From Alphaproteobacteria bacterium (GTDB lineage: Bacteria > Pseudomonadota > Alphaproteobacteria > CALKHQ01), in assembly GCA_965227515.1 (NCBI GenBank), contig CBDDFZ010000002.1, forward strand, positions 1,216,001-1,280,000: DNA of 64,000 nucleotides. Reading direction: 5' to 3'. Shown one piece after another: positions 9,915 through 20,110 of this stretch; the stretch's first letter is position 1; each line of letters opens with the position of its first letter. A model generated the notes under the pieces. That model made no database searches and had not been told where the DNA came from. It was given only the letters and a program-made list of their open reading frames with translations. The position numbers were made by a program, and so were the translations under genes.

Positions 9915-10796
9915 TCAGGCGGCCGCTTCGGTGGGCGCCTGAACGTCGAACAACCAGCGCTGTGCTTCGCTCAGCCGGTCGTAGAGGGCCGGCGTGAGAA
10001 ACTCCTGCTGCGGCAGTTGCTGCTTCAGGTCGCGCCGGGTGTAGGTCAGGTGCAGCATGCGCCTGCGCGCATCGTCGTTCTTGCGCGTGCCGCCGTGCCA
10101 GCAGCTTGAATTGAACACCGCGACCGAGCCGGCGGGAATGGTGACCAGCACTTCGCCCGGATAGGGTGCGAACGGGTCCGCCGGATACTTGTCGAACGCC
10201 AGCAGGTCCGGATCGGTCACTTCCGATGGCATCACGTTCTCGCCCGGCACGTTGAGTTCCGGCCAGGCTTGCGAGCCGGGCACGATGCGCGTCGGCCCGT
10301 TGTCCAGAGTCATGTCATCGAACATGATCAGCGAGTTGACCAGCCACCAATCGCCCTTGAAGCGCTTCTGCACGTCCGAGTGCAGCGGCTGATGGCCGTG
10401 GCCGCGATGCGGCTCGCGCAAGTTGGCGCCGTGTAGCTTGATCTCGCCGAGCAGGTGGGTGGAGGCGGCCAGCAGCGGGCCGATCGACAGGCAGCGGTCG
10501 AAGGCCGGCGACTTGTTGAAGATGTTGGAGATGCGGGTTGAGCCGGTCTTCAGCCCGGCCTGCCGCCCCTCTTGCGGATTGTAGAGGCGGCCGTCCTCGC
10601 CCTCCAGGCTGACTTCCATGCCGGCGTCCTCGCCGTCCGCGGCGCGCAACCGGTCGAACTCGGCTGCCATCTCGCCGCATTCGTCGGCGGAAAACACGTC
10701 ATTCAGGATGAAGAACCCATCCGTGTCGAACCGTTGCCGCTGATCGTCGCTGAGCGGCGCGACCCCCAGCGCATCGAGGGCGCTCTTCGTGTCCAT
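9915..10796 (-). CDS. Phytanoyl-CoA dioxygenase family (Fe/2OG) protein
   Basis: [15 protein letters not shown] (HxD), [16 protein letters not shown]; GGAGGAG RBS. Confidence 0.88.
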   Translation of the reverse strand: MDTKSALDALGVAPLSDDQRQRFDTDGFFILNDVFSADECGEMAAEFDRLRAADGEDAGMEVSLEGEDGRLYNPQEGRQAGLKTGSTRISNIFNKSPAFDRCLSIGPLLAASTHLLGEIKLHGANLREPHRGHGHQPLHSDVQKRFKGDWWLVNSLIMFDDMTLDNGPTRIVPGSQAWPELNVPGENVMPSEVTDPDLLAFDKYPADPFAPYPGEVLVTIPAGSVAVFNSSCWHGGTRKNDDARRRMLHLTYTRRDLKQQLPQQEFLTPALYDRLSEAQRWLFDVQAPTEAAA

Positions 10797-10992
10797 GGGG
10801 CTCCTCCCGTATCGTGTTGGTTGCCGCCAGTCGCACGGCGCCCGTTGGGCGGACTGTGCCGCCGCTTTCGGTATTCGGCGTAATGGATGGCCTGGGCGCA
10901 CGCAAGCCGGCTGTGGCCACCGGTCGCTGGTTGACTGTATGGGGCCCGCGCCGTACCGTCCGCGCCCTGATCCTGGGATTTCGCGGAAAACG

Positions 10993-12624
10993 ATGATGGG
11001 CAGCCACGACACGGACCGGCGCGCAGCTTGGCGCGCGGCCGCCGAGAACCTGAAAATCTGGCAGTTCGAGGAAGCCGGCAAGCTGGTCAAGCGCGTGGGT
11101 GGCGCGGGCGTGGAGCACACGCCGGCCAAGGGCCATGTGCTGTTCGAGACCGGCTACGGCCCGTCGGGCCTGCCGCACATCGGCACCTTCGGCGAGGTGG
11201 TGCTGACCACCATGGTCCGCCGCGCCTTCCAATTGTTGTCCGACATCCCGACCCGGCTGGTCTGCTTCTCCGACGACATGGACGGGCTCCGCAAGGTGCC
11301 CGACAACGTGCCGAACAAGGAGATGATGCAGCGCCACATCGGCATGCCGCTGACCAAGGTGCCGGACCCGTTCACCGACGAGTACCCCTCGTTCGCGCAC
11401 CACAACAACGCGCGGCTGCGGGCGTTCCTGGACGGCTTCGGCTTCGAGTACGAGTTCGTCAGCTCCACCGACTGCTATACCTCGGGTCGGTTCGACGACG
11501 CGTTGCTGAAGGTGCTGGCCTGCTACGACGAGATCATGGCGATCATGCTGCCGACCCTGCGCGAGGAGCGGCGCCAGACCTATAGCCCGTTCCTGCCGCT
11601 CTGCCCGCGCACCGGCCGCGTGCTGCAAGTGCCGATCGCCGAGACCAGGCCCGATGCCGGCACCGTCGTCTACCGCGACCCGGACACGCAAGAGATGGTC
11701 GAGGTGCCGGTGACCGGCGGGCACTGCAAGCTGCAGTGGAAGCCGGACTGGGGTATGCGCTGGGCCGCGCTCGAGGTCGACTACGAAATGTCGGGCAAGG
11801 ACCTGATCGACAGCGTGAAGGCGTCTCAGCGGATCGCGCGCGTGCTCGGCGCGCGGCCGCCGGAAGGGTTCAACTACGAGCTGTTCCTGGACGAGAAGGG
11901 TGAGAAGATCTCCAAGTCGCGCGGCAACGGCCTCGCGGTGGAGGAGTGGCTGCGCTACGCGCCGGTCGAGAGCCTGGCGCTGTTCATGAGCACCAAGCCG
12001 AAGACCGCCAAGCGGCTCTATTTCGATGTCATCCCGCGCGCGGTGGACGACTACCAGGCGGCCCTTGAGCGCTATCCGGAGGAAGACCCGGCGGCCCAGC
12101 TCAAGAACCCGGCCTGGCACATCCACGACGCCGACCCGCCGCACGAGCGCGTGCACCTGAACTTCAGCATGCTGCTGAACCTGGCCAGTGCCGCCAATGC
12201 GGCCGACAAGGCGGTGCTGTGGGGCTTCATCACGCGCTATGCGCCGGACGCGACGCCTGAGAACGAGCCATTGCTGGACCGGTTGGCGGGCTACGCCATC
12301 GCCTATTATCGCGACTTCGTCCTGCCCGAGAAGGCCTATCGCGCGCCGACCGCGACCGAACGGGCGGCCCTGGGTGATCTGCGCGCGGCGCTGGCCGGCA
12401 TGGAAGACGGCACCTCGGCCGAGGACTACCAGACCCAGGTCTACGAGATTGGCAAGGCGCACCCCTTCGAGAATTTGCGCGACTGGTTCCGCGCGATCTA
12501 CGAGGTGCTGCTGGGCCAGAGCCAGGGGCCGCGCTTCGGCTCGTTCATCGCGCTCTACGGCCGGTCGGAGACCATCGCCCTGATCGACCGCGCGCTCGCC
12601 GGCGAGGATCTGAGCGCCGCGTGA
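10993..12624 (+). CDS. lysS: Lysine--tRNA ligase, class I
   Basis: [14 protein letters not shown] (HIGH), KISKS (KMSKS), [11 protein letters not shown]. Confidence 0.95.
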   Translation: MMGSHDTDRRAAWRAAAENLKIWQFEEAGKLVKRVGGAGVEHTPAKGHVLFETGYGPSGLPHIGTFGEVVLTTMVRRAFQLLSDIPTRLVCFSDDMDGLRKVPDNVPNKEMMQRHIGMPLTKVPDPFTDEYPSFAHHNNARLRAFLDGFGFEYEFVSSTDCYTSGRFDDALLKVLACYDEIMAIMLPTLREERRQTYSPFLPLCPRTGRVLQVPIAETRPDAGTVVYRDPDTQEMVEVPVTGGHCKLQWKPDWGMRWAALEVDYEMSGKDLIDSVKASQRIARVLGARPPEGFNYELFLDEKGEKISKSRGNGLAVEEWLRYAPVESLALFMSTKPKTAKRLYFDVIPRAVDDYQAALERYPEEDPAAQLKNPAWHIHDADPPHERVHLNFSMLLNLASAANAADKAVLWGFITRYAPDATPENEPLLDRLAGYAIAYYRDFVLPEKAYRAPTATERAALGDLRAALAGMEDGTSAEDYQTQVYEIGKAHPFENLRDWFRAIYEVLLGQSQGPRFGSFIALYGRSETIALIDRALAGEDLSAA

Positions 12625-13223
12625 CCGGCGCGTCCGAGGTGCGCCTCACGCCGGTGGGGCCACGGGATGTAGACCTGCTCCACAAGCTTCATCCCGGCCC
12701 GGGTGCCGAGCAGTTTGTCGACTATTCCTGGTACTGGCATGGCGTCGCGGCGCGCCGTGCGGCTATCGCCGATCGCCTGATCATGTTTGGTGGCGAGGCG
12801 GTCGGGCATGCCGCGTTCGGCGCGCATTACTCGGATCGGGCTCTGACGGTGGCGATGCCGGGCGAGGCCGAAATCTATCACCTGGTCATCGATGTGGCGC
12901 ATCAGGGCCGGGGGATCGCCGGGCGGGTTATTCCCATGCTTTGCAAGGAGTTGGTGCGGTCGCCGGACACCGAGACGGTGGTCGTTGCCGTCAACCCCGA
13001 CAACCGTGCGGCGCGACGGCTCTATGAGCGGCTGGGGTTCGAACCTGCCGGCCGCAGCAACTACGACGACGATCCGATGCTGCGGACGGCCGCTGGAGCC
13101 AGCTCCGATCCACCGCCGCTTCGCCCGCTGGGCGCCGCGGCCGCGGTCGACCGCGACGCCTGGGCCGCCGGGAGCAGGCGGGCCGAACGGGCCTTCGACT
13201 GGGATGAATGGGAAGCGGTTTAG
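12621..13223 (+). CDS. GNAT family N-acetyltransferase
   Basis: HQGRGIAG acetyl-CoA motif, [13 protein letters not shown]; GTGA overlap with lysS stop. Confidence 0.8.
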   Translation: MTGASEVRLTPVGPRDVDLLHKLHPGPGAEQFVDYSWYWHGVAARRAAIADRLIMFGGEAVGHAAFGAHYSDRALTVAMPGEAEIYHLVIDVAHQGRGIAGRVIPMLCKELVRSPDTETVVVAVNPDNRAARRLYERLGFEPAGRSNYDDDPMLRTAAGASSDPPPLRPLGAAAAVDRDAWAAGSRRAERAFDWDEWEAV

Positions 13224-13405
13224 CCGCCGCCAGGCAGGCTCTGGTCGATGGCGGTGGAGAACTCGACCGCGTTGTGCTCGTGCAGTTCGCCGGTCTCCTG
13301 TCCCAGGTAGGTGACGGCGCCGACAATGCTGAGTGCCACCAGCGCGACGATCAAACTGTATTCGATCATTGCGACGCCGTCCGTCTGTCGCAAGAACTTC
13401 TTCAT
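13220..13405 (-). CDS. Flp/Tad family type IVc pilin
   Basis: MKKFLRQTDG/VAMIEYSLIVALVAL: prepilin cleavage G and Flp EY motif; GGAGGG RBS. Confidence 0.88.
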   Translation of the reverse strand: MKKFLRQTDGVAMIEYSLIVALVALSIVGAVTYLGQETGELHEHNAVEFSTAIDQSLPGGG

Positions 13406-13458
13406 GGCGTCGCCCTCCGCGATGTTGAGGCTTCAACATAGTAAAAAATGTGTTCAGG

Positions 13459-13474
13459 GTTAAGTAATGGTTTA
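13459..13474 (-). promoter_or_regulatory. CtrA-like box in the AT-rich pilin promoter
   Basis: Minus strand TAAA-CCATTAC-TTAAC, one mismatch to TTAA-N7-TTAAC. Confidence 0.55.
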
Positions 13475-13679
13475 GATTATCTTTCCGAATTTTAATCAAC
13501 TGTTGCTCAAATTGTTTAATGAACCTTATGCGCGCTGCCGGTCAGTGCTGAGCGACTGTGGGGTGGCGGCGCAGCGTCAGGCGCCTTGCGTTGCCGGCTG
13601 ACTTCAACGACAAACTCGACCTGAGCGAAACAATAGAGCTTCGGCCCCGGCATGCCCGGGCCGGGAACGTGAGCATCCC

Positions 13680-14063
13680 GTGGACGACAACACCGCCTTC
13701 GAGGTCCGCTTCGTGGACCTCGTCTTTCCGCGCCAGACCAACCACTACGGCACCATGTTCGCCGGCGACCAGTTGTCGGCGCTGGCCAAGGTCGCGTTCG
13801 TGACCGCCAGCCGCTACACCCGCGCGCGCATGGTGCTGCGCCGCACCGAGCAGGTCGATTTCAAGGCCCCGGTGCCGCAGGGCCGGCTGGTAGAGTTGAT
13901 CGGCCGCGTCGTCGAGGAAAGCGACTATGGCGTGGTGGTCGATGCCGAACTGGTGGCCGAGGACCTGTTGTCCGGGGAGCGGACCCGGTGCGTCACCGGA
14001 CGGTTCGACATGACCGCCGTCGACGAAGCGGGCAAGGCCACCAAGCTTGCCGGACGCGGCTGA
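13680..14063 (+). CDS. Acyl-CoA thioesterase (hotdog fold)
   Basis: VFPRQTNHYGTMFAG, VDFKAPV, AVDEAGK. Confidence 0.85.
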   Translation: MDDNTAFEVRFVDLVFPRQTNHYGTMFAGDQLSALAKVAFVTASRYTRARMVLRRTEQVDFKAPVPQGRLVELIGRVVEESDYGVVVDAELVAEDLLSGERTRCVTGRFDMTAVDEAGKATKLAGRG

Positions 14064-14104
14064 GGGGTCCAGACTTCGTGTAAACATACGCGAGGGAGGT
14101 TCGG

Positions 14105-14539
14105 ATGCGCACTAGCCTTGCAGTTCTTGTCTCGTCGCTTGTGATCGGCCTGGCGGCAGCCGCCCCGGCCACGGCAGGCGACATTTGCGGGATCGTGGAG
14201 CCCGCCCGGCCCGGCGACCTGTCCCTGCATTTCCCGACCGGCTATCTGGGCGCCGACTGGTCGTGCCGCGCGGCGTGCGGCAAGGCGGACAGCGCACACA
14301 TCTGCACAGCGGAGGAATTGCGGGCGGCAGCGGAACTCGACGGCAACCTCAACCGGCTGCTGCGTGAGGCCGGCCCCTATTGGCACGCAACAACACGGCC
14401 GACAGGGTTCGCCGAGCAGACCGCCGACTGCCGCGGTTTCCGCGACGGCGGCGCCGATGTGCAGGGCGCGGTCTGGCTGCGCGGCGCGTCGGAACAGCGC
14501 GCCTGCAGCACCCTGGCGATGGTGGCCTGCTGTTTGTGA
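14105..14539 (+). CDS. Secreted Cys-rich hypothetical protein
   Basis: GGGAGG RBS, signal peptide, 8 Cys ending in ACCL. Confidence 0.7.
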   Translation: MRTSLAVLVSSLVIGLAAAAPATAGDICGIVEPARPGDLSLHFPTGYLGADWSCRAACGKADSAHICTAEELRAAAELDGNLNRLLREAGPYWHATTRPTGFAEQTADCRGFRDGGADVQGAVWLRGASEQRACSTLAMVACCL

Positions 14540-14552
14540 GCGGTGCCGCCGC

Positions 14553-15374
14553 CTACATCCCCGGGTTTTCGTCCGCCGTGCACAGGATGGTCTGATCGAA
14601 CTCGAACACCGAGCCGGTCATCAGCCCGCTTTCGTCCGACACCAGGAAGCACAGGGCGCGCGCCACCTCGTCGACCTCGATCAGGCGGCCGAACGGCTGC
14701 TCCTTCGATGCCAGTTCCAGCCAGTTCTCCGGCCGGCCATGGGTCTGGGTCTGGATCACGTGCTCCCACGGCGTGTTGGTCCAGCCGATGTTGAGCGTGT
14801 TCACCCGGATGCGGTCATGCTTCAGCGTGTTGGCCAGGTTGCGCGTCATGGTCGCCAGCGCGCCCTTCGAGGTGGCGTAGGGCGCCAGGAAGGGCGGTCC
14901 GCCATAGGCGACGATGGAGCCGATGTTGGCGATGGCGCCGGCGATCTTGTGGCGGCGCATCACCTCGGCCGCGCGCTGGGTCAGGAAGAACGGCGCCCGC
15001 ACGTTCACCGCCATGATTTCGTCCCACACCTCCGGCGTGGTGTTGAACAGATCGCCACGGATGCTGGTGCCGGCCACGTTTAAGAGCGCGTCGAGCCGGC
15101 CGAACTTCTCTTCTGTCTTGTCGATGAAGTTGAAGCAGTCCTCGACGCTGTCCAGGCTCACCGGCACGAAGATGCACGGGCAGCCGGCCTCGGTGATGCT
15201 GTCGGCCACCGCCTGACCGCGCGCCGCGTTGCGGCCGCACACCGCCACGCCGGCCGCGCCCCGCTGGGCGATCAGCCGCGCCGTCGCCTCGCCGGAGCCG
15301 CTGGTGCCGCCGGTCACCGCGGCCACCTTGCCGGCGAACTGGTTGTTGAAATTGTCGGTGCTGGCGTCGGGCAT
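14553..15374 (-). CDS. SDR family oxidoreductase
   Basis: TGGTSGSG, NVAG, YATSK (YxxxK). Confidence 0.92.
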   Translation of the reverse strand: MPDASTDNFNNQFAGKVAAVTGGTSGSGEATARLIAQRGAAGVAVCGRNAARGQAVADSITEAGCPCIFVPVSLDSVEDCFNFIDKTEEKFGRLDALLNVAGTSIRGDLFNTTPEVWDEIMAVNVRAPFFLTQRAAEVMRRHKIAGAIANIGSIVAYGGPPFLAPYATSKGALATMTRNLANTLKHDRIRVNTLNIGWTNTPWEHVIQTQTHGRPENWLELASKEQPFGRLIEVDEVARALCFLVSDESGLMTGSVFEFDQTILCTADENPGM

Positions 15375-15458
15375 GTCGGGGCTCTTCGGTAGGGATTTTG
15401 CGGGCGCACATCATGCCCCAGGCGGGGGAGCGGTGCCACTGGGGAGTCAAACCCTCTA

Positions 15459-15637
15459 TCGTCGTCCTCGCCCATGTGGCGAGGACCCATTTGTGTCCAA
15501 TGATTCAGTTAGTTAACGCGGATCGCCCAGCGACGTGGCAGGCTCCGGGTCTCGATGGCCATCGAGAGCAGATTCCTTTGGCACTGGCTTGGACCGCCAC
15601 ACAAATGGGCCCTTGCGACAAGCGCAAGGGCGACGAT
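15459..15637. repeat. CGTC-type REP doublet (REPIN/MITE-like), copy 1
   Basis: Two hairpins in inverted orientation; ends nearly identical to the reverse complement of 29020-29196. Confidence 0.8.
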
Positions 15638-15686
15638 CTAGTGGCTGGAAGCGACCCAGCACGCGCGAGACCGGCTCACCGACCAC

Positions 15687-16685
15687 TCACCCCGGGTACC
15701 AGACCTTGCGCGGGTCGTCGGGCGCGCGTTCGTAGGTCCAGGCCTCCTCGATCAGGCGCGGCAGGTCGTAGGCCGGGCGCCAGCCGAGACGGAACTTGGC
15801 CTTGCTGTTGTCGAGCCAGGTGGAATGGAACTCGGACGGGATCGGCACGGAAGCCAGCCCCCTGGTGCGCGCCAGGTAGGCGGCCATCTCGCCATAGTCC
15901 AACGGCTCGTCCATGCAGATGTGGAAGGTCTCGGCCCGCGCGCCGGGGTGGTTGAGGGCAATCAGGATGGCGCTCGCCAGGTCGTCGACATGGACGAAGT
16001 TGCGCTTCAGCGGCACGCCGTCGCTGTCCTGCAGGATCGGCACGGCTCCGTCCGCCGCATACGCCTTCGCCTGCTCCGGCGGCACCAGCTCGCAATAGCG
16101 CGGGCCGCCGAACACGTCCTCGCCGAAGGTGTGGGCGAACTTCAGGTCGTCCTTCTCCATGATCCACGGCGCGCGCAGGCAGCAACCGTCCAGGTCGTAC
16201 TGGATGCGGTACTGCTCCAGCAGCACCTCCTCCAGCACCTTGGAGAGCGCGTAGCAGCCGGGATAGGCCATGAAGGGCCCGTCCTCGGTGACCGGGTTCG
16301 GGCGTGGATAGACGAAATGGCCGATGCCGGCGTCGCCGCCGATCAGGACGAAGCGCTGGAAGACGGCGCTCTCGCGCGCCTCCTCCAACAGCCAGAACAG
16401 GCCCTTGACGGTCACGTCCATCACGTCGTCGGGGGTTTCCTTGCAGGTGGCCAGGTGGACGACATGGGTGACCCCGTCCATGGCGCGGCGGGCGGTGTCG
16501 CGCTCGGCGATCGAGCCCTTCACCACCTGCACACGCGGGCCTTCGTCCAGGGTGCGGTTGTGGCAGAGCGCGCGGACCGTCCCGTTCGGCACTTCCGACA
16601 GGTATCGCGCAATGAAATGCCGGCCGACCTTGCCGGTCGCCCCGGTGACCAGAACGATGTCGCCGTGCGCTGCACCTGATGCCAT
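15687..16685 (-). CDS. NAD-dependent epimerase/dehydratase family protein
   Basis: VTGATGKVG, YALSK, RNFVHVDDLA, KAKFRLGWRP. Confidence 0.88.
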   Translation of the reverse strand: MASGAAHGDIVLVTGATGKVGRHFIARYLSEVPNGTVRALCHNRTLDEGPRVQVVKGSIAERDTARRAMDGVTHVVHLATCKETPDDVMDVTVKGLFWLLEEARESAVFQRFVLIGGDAGIGHFVYPRPNPVTEDGPFMAYPGCYALSKVLEEVLLEQYRIQYDLDGCCLRAPWIMEKDDLKFAHTFGEDVFGGPRYCELVPPEQAKAYAADGAVPILQDSDGVPLKRNFVHVDDLASAILIALNHPGARAETFHICMDEPLDYGEMAAYLARTRGLASVPIPSEFHSTWLDNSKAKFRLGWRPAYDLPRLIEEAWTYERAPDDPRKVWYPG

Positions 16686-16820
16686 GGTCGTCCTCTCCCT
16701 CCATCTGCCGCGTGTGGCGGCATGTTTCCACTGTGGGCTTCGGGTGGCAATGGGCGGGTCGTCGCTGGCATCGTTCTGTTGCGGTGATGAACTGGGATAG
16801 AGTTCGTCTGCCGACGACAC

Positions 16821-16907
16821 GAAAACCTAATTTCTAGACTCCTAAAAACCTAATCTTTAGACTCTTAAGAACCTAAATTCCAGACGCTCAAGAACCTAAC
16901 GACGCTC
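16821..16907 (+). repeat. Degenerate 23-bp tandem repeats (about 3.5 copies) upstream of the Fic gene
   Basis: ACCTAA recurs at 16825, 16848, 16871 and 16894; unit approx. AA(A/G)AACCTAA-N4-AGAC(T/G)C. Confidence 0.85.
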
Positions 16908-16919
16908 GCACCACACATC

Positions 16920-18473
16920 ATGGCTACACCGCAGGAAATGCTTGCCGAGTCTCTAGGGGCCCTCAAAGACCTCCAAGATCGCCAAATTGTAGCTATCCGG
17001 TCCGCCGACCTGACACGAAGCCATCGCGAGCGCCTGCTCAAAAATGGCTTCCTGCAGGAAGTCATGAAGGGCTGGTACATCCCTGCTCGTCCGCATGAAA
17101 CGGCTGGAGAGAGCACCGCTTGGTACACATCATTCTGGGACTTCTGCGCCACCTACCTCCACACCCGATTTGACGACCAATGGTGTCTATCGCCTGAGCA
17201 ATCGCTCTCCCTGCATGCCGGAAACCGCACAGTGCCCAGCCAACTCGTTGTGCGCGCGCAGAAGGGCGGCAACAAGGTCATAGATCTGCCGCATCGTACC
17301 TCCCTGCTCGATGTTCGTTCGGCTCTGCCTGATACGAAGGACATCGAGCGCAAGGATGGTCTCCGCGTTTACGCATTGCCCGCAGCCTTGATCGCATGTT
17401 CGCCAGGCTTTTTTGCCAGCAATCCAATAGATGCGCGAACGGCTCTGGCAAGTATCCGCGACGCTTCCGAGGTTTTGGACCGGCTACTCGAAGGCGGCCA
17501 TAGCACCATCGCTGGACGGCTCGCAGGAGCATTTCGCAATATCGGGCGCGTCCGCATTGCGGATGACATAATGGGGGCAATGCGCGCGGTCGGATACAAT
17601 GTGCGCGAACAAGACCCGTTCGACGACCACATCGAACTCGTCATCGCACGGCACGAAGCGCCCTACGCTCGTCGCATCCGCCTCATGTGGCAGCAGATGC
17701 GCCAGCCGGTCATCCAACGGTTTCCAGCGCCGCCCGGCATGCCAAGAGACGTCGTCGACTATCTCGCGCAAGTCGACGATGTCTATGCTGCGGACGCCTA
17801 CCACTCCCTTTCGATCGAAGGCTACCGGGTTAGCGGTCAACTCATCGAACGCGTACGTACCGGTGGCTGGAACCCCGACCGGAATGAAAAGGACCGCGAG
17901 CACAGAGACGCGCTTGCCGCGCGCGGCTACTGGGAAGCATTCAAGGCCGTCAAGCGCAGCCTGTCGAAAGTCTTGAGCGGAGAGAATCCCGGTGCGGTTG
18001 CCAATGCAGATCACAGTACCTGGTATCGGGAATTGTTCGCACCAAGTGTGGAAGCCGGATTGGCGCGGCCAGCCGACCTCGCCGGCTACCGCAACGCCCC
18101 GGTCTTCATACAGCGCGCCAAGCACGTACCCCCGAGCAGCGAAAATGTCCGAGACTCAATGCCGGTGTTCTTCGAATTGCTGGAGCATGAAACCGAACCA
18201 TCAGTGCGCGTGGTGCTGGGCCATTTCATCTTCGTCTATATCCATCCCTATACAGACGGCAACGGTCGCCTCGCTCGATTTCTCATGAACCTCATGCTCG
18301 CATCTGGGGGTTATCCCTGGACCGTCGTGCCCGTGGAACAACGGAGCACGTACATGGCAGCCTTGGAGGATGCGAGCACAAATGGTGACATCAGACAGTT
18401 AGCCGACTTCGTGGCCCAACTCGTTGACGCTGGGCTGGAAGGTCGCCCCCAGGCACATCTGCCGGCCAGCTGA
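16920..18473 (+). CDS. Fic-domain protein with a long N-terminal (AbiEi-like) region
   Basis: HPYTDGNGRLAR Fic motif, SLSIEG inhibitory motif; lower GC and atypical codons. Confidence 0.9.
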   Translation: MATPQEMLAESLGALKDLQDRQIVAIRSADLTRSHRERLLKNGFLQEVMKGWYIPARPHETAGESTAWYTSFWDFCATYLHTRFDDQWCLSPEQSLSLHAGNRTVPSQLVVRAQKGGNKVIDLPHRTSLLDVRSALPDTKDIERKDGLRVYALPAALIACSPGFFASNPIDARTALASIRDASEVLDRLLEGGHSTIAGRLAGAFRNIGRVRIADDIMGAMRAVGYNVREQDPFDDHIELVIARHEAPYARRIRLMWQQMRQPVIQRFPAPPGMPRDVVDYLAQVDDVYAADAYHSLSIEGYRVSGQLIERVRTGGWNPDRNEKDREHRDALAARGYWEAFKAVKRSLSKVLSGENPGAVANADHSTWYRELFAPSVEAGLARPADLAGYRNAPVFIQRAKHVPPSSENVRDSMPVFFELLEHETEPSVRVVLGHFIFVYIHPYTDGNGRLARFLMNLMLASGGYPWTVVPVEQRSTYMAALEDASTNGDIRQLADFVAQLVDAGLEGRPQAHLPAS

Positions 18474-18599
18474 TCGGGGCGATGGCGCCTCAATAGGCTG
18501 TTTCTCTCTGATAGCGCCCGCAATGCAGGGATGGTTGCCGCGCGCGCCACCCATGCGGTAGTGTTAACGAAGGTTAACAGGGGCATTCTCGGGGGAGAC

Positions 18600-18983
18600 A
18601 TGGCCAGTGTGGGCGTCGCGCGCGTGGGCGCGCGTTTTCTTGTGGCGGCCGCCGCCGTGTCGGCATTGGCGGCCGTGTCCGCATGCGGGGTCGGCACCAC
18701 CGACCGCTATCGCACGCGGGTGTCCGCCTGGGTCGACCGGCCGGTCGACGATCTGATGGCGCAGTGGGGCGAGCCCGACATGACCGAGCAGAAGGGCGAC
18801 GGGCTGGTTGCGTACGAGTACGCGCTGGACGGCCCGGGCGAGGCGCCGCTTGAGGATCTCGCGCCAGCGGCCGGGCCCGGCGCCCTTGGCAGCCCGGTGG
18901 TCGAAGGCTGCGTCACCCGCTTCGTCGCCGACGATGGCATCATTCGCACCGTCAGCTTCTGGGGCCAGGACTGCCAGGCGTGA
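18600..18983 (+). CDS. Hypothetical lipoprotein
   Basis: GGGGAGA RBS, lipobox VSAC, DDLMAQWGEP motif, paired Cys. Confidence 0.7.
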   Translation: MASVGVARVGARFLVAAAAVSALAAVSACGVGTTDRYRTRVSAWVDRPVDDLMAQWGEPDMTEQKGDGLVAYEYALDGPGEAPLEDLAPAAGPGALGSPVVEGCVTRFVADDGIIRTVSFWGQDCQA

Positions 18984-19094
18984 CTTGGAAGCGGGTCGCC
19001 AGCGGGTCGCCCAACGGTAAGTCGTGACGCGGCCCCGCGGCCGACATCTCGTGCACGGTTGACCGGCGCTGCGCCGCCCCGCATACCGGGGCCC

Positions 19095-20099
19095 ATGCGG
19101 ATTCTCTTCATCGGGCCGACCTACATCGGCGACGCCGTGGTCGCGTCCGGCCTGCTCGACCATCTGGCGCGCGTTCACCCGGCGGCCGAGATCACCGTCG
19201 TGTGCGGCAAGTCGGCGGTGCCGGTGCTGGCGAACATGCCCGGCGTCGTCAAGGTCATCCCGGTGGTCAAGCAGAAGCGCCGCGCGCACTGGTGGGGCGT
19301 GTGGAAACAGACCGCCGGCGTGCGCTGGGACATGGTGGTGGATTTGCGCTCGTCGGGGCTCGCCTATGTGCTGCGGGCCAAGCGGCGCTGCGTCTACTGG
19401 CGCAAGAAACAGAGCCCGCACCACCGCACGGCGCTGTGGGCGCAGACCATTGGCCTCTCGGAACTGCCGCAGCCACGCCTGCGCGCGACCGACGCCGAGC
19501 AAGCGCAAGCCGCCCAACTGGCGCCCGATGGGCCGCCGATCCTGGCACTTGCGCCGTCGGCCAACTGGCAGGGCAAGATCTGGCAGATCGAGAACTTCCG
19601 CGACCTGGCGCTGCGGCTGACGGCCGACGCCGGACCGCTGGCCGGCGGACGGGTCGCCGTGCTCGGCATCGAATCCGAGCGCCCCGGCTTCGGCCCGTTG
19701 CTGGATGCGATTCCGGATGACCGGCTGATCGACCTCACCCTGCCGGGCCGCACGGCGCTGATGCTGTCCTACGCCGTGCTGCAACGCGCCGCACTCTATG
19801 TCGGCAACGACAGCGGTCTGCTCTACATGGCGGTGGCGGCCGACATTCCCGCCGTGGGGCTGGTCGGCCCCAGCCTGCATTTGTTCGGCCCTGAGACCCC
19901 AACGTCCGCCGCGCCATGGGCGCCGAAGGCGGTGGTGGTGCACACGCCGATCACATACGAGGAGTTCCTCGCCCAGCCCGGCTACAACCGGCTGACCACC
20001 GGCAGCCTGATGGGCTCGCTCACCGTCGACGCGGCGTATGAGGGTGCCTTGCAGGCGCTGGCGTTGGGTGCCGGTGCTCCTGCACTGGCGCCGGTCTGA
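19095..20099 (+). CDS. Glycosyltransferase family 9 (heptosyltransferase-like)
   Basis: MRILFI..IGDAV, KIW, YVGNDSGLLYMAVA. Confidence 0.88.
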   Translation: MRILFIGPTYIGDAVVASGLLDHLARVHPAAEITVVCGKSAVPVLANMPGVVKVIPVVKQKRRAHWWGVWKQTAGVRWDMVVDLRSSGLAYVLRAKRRCVYWRKKQSPHHRTALWAQTIGLSELPQPRLRATDAEQAQAAQLAPDGPPILALAPSANWQGKIWQIENFRDLALRLTADAGPLAGGRVAVLGIESERPGFGPLLDAIPDDRLIDLTLPGRTALMLSYAVLQRAALYVGNDSGLLYMAVAADIPAVGLVGPSLHLFGPETPTSAAPWAPKAVVVHTPITYEEFLAQPGYNRLTTGSLMGSLTVDAAYEGALQALALGAGAPALAPV

Positions 20100-20110
20100 G
20101 GCACGCCCGC

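Noticed and set aside
10993-12624. Class I (archaeal-type) LysRS as a novelty
   Set aside because: Common in alphaproteobacteria.
16821-16907. Possible CRISPR array or plasmid iterons
   Set aside because: Units are contiguous without unique spacers; no cas or rep gene nearby.
18563-18578. GTTAAC-GAAG-GTTAAC as a CtrA box
   Set aside because: Spacing is TTAA-N6-TTAA, not N7; it may bind another regulator but this cannot be supported.
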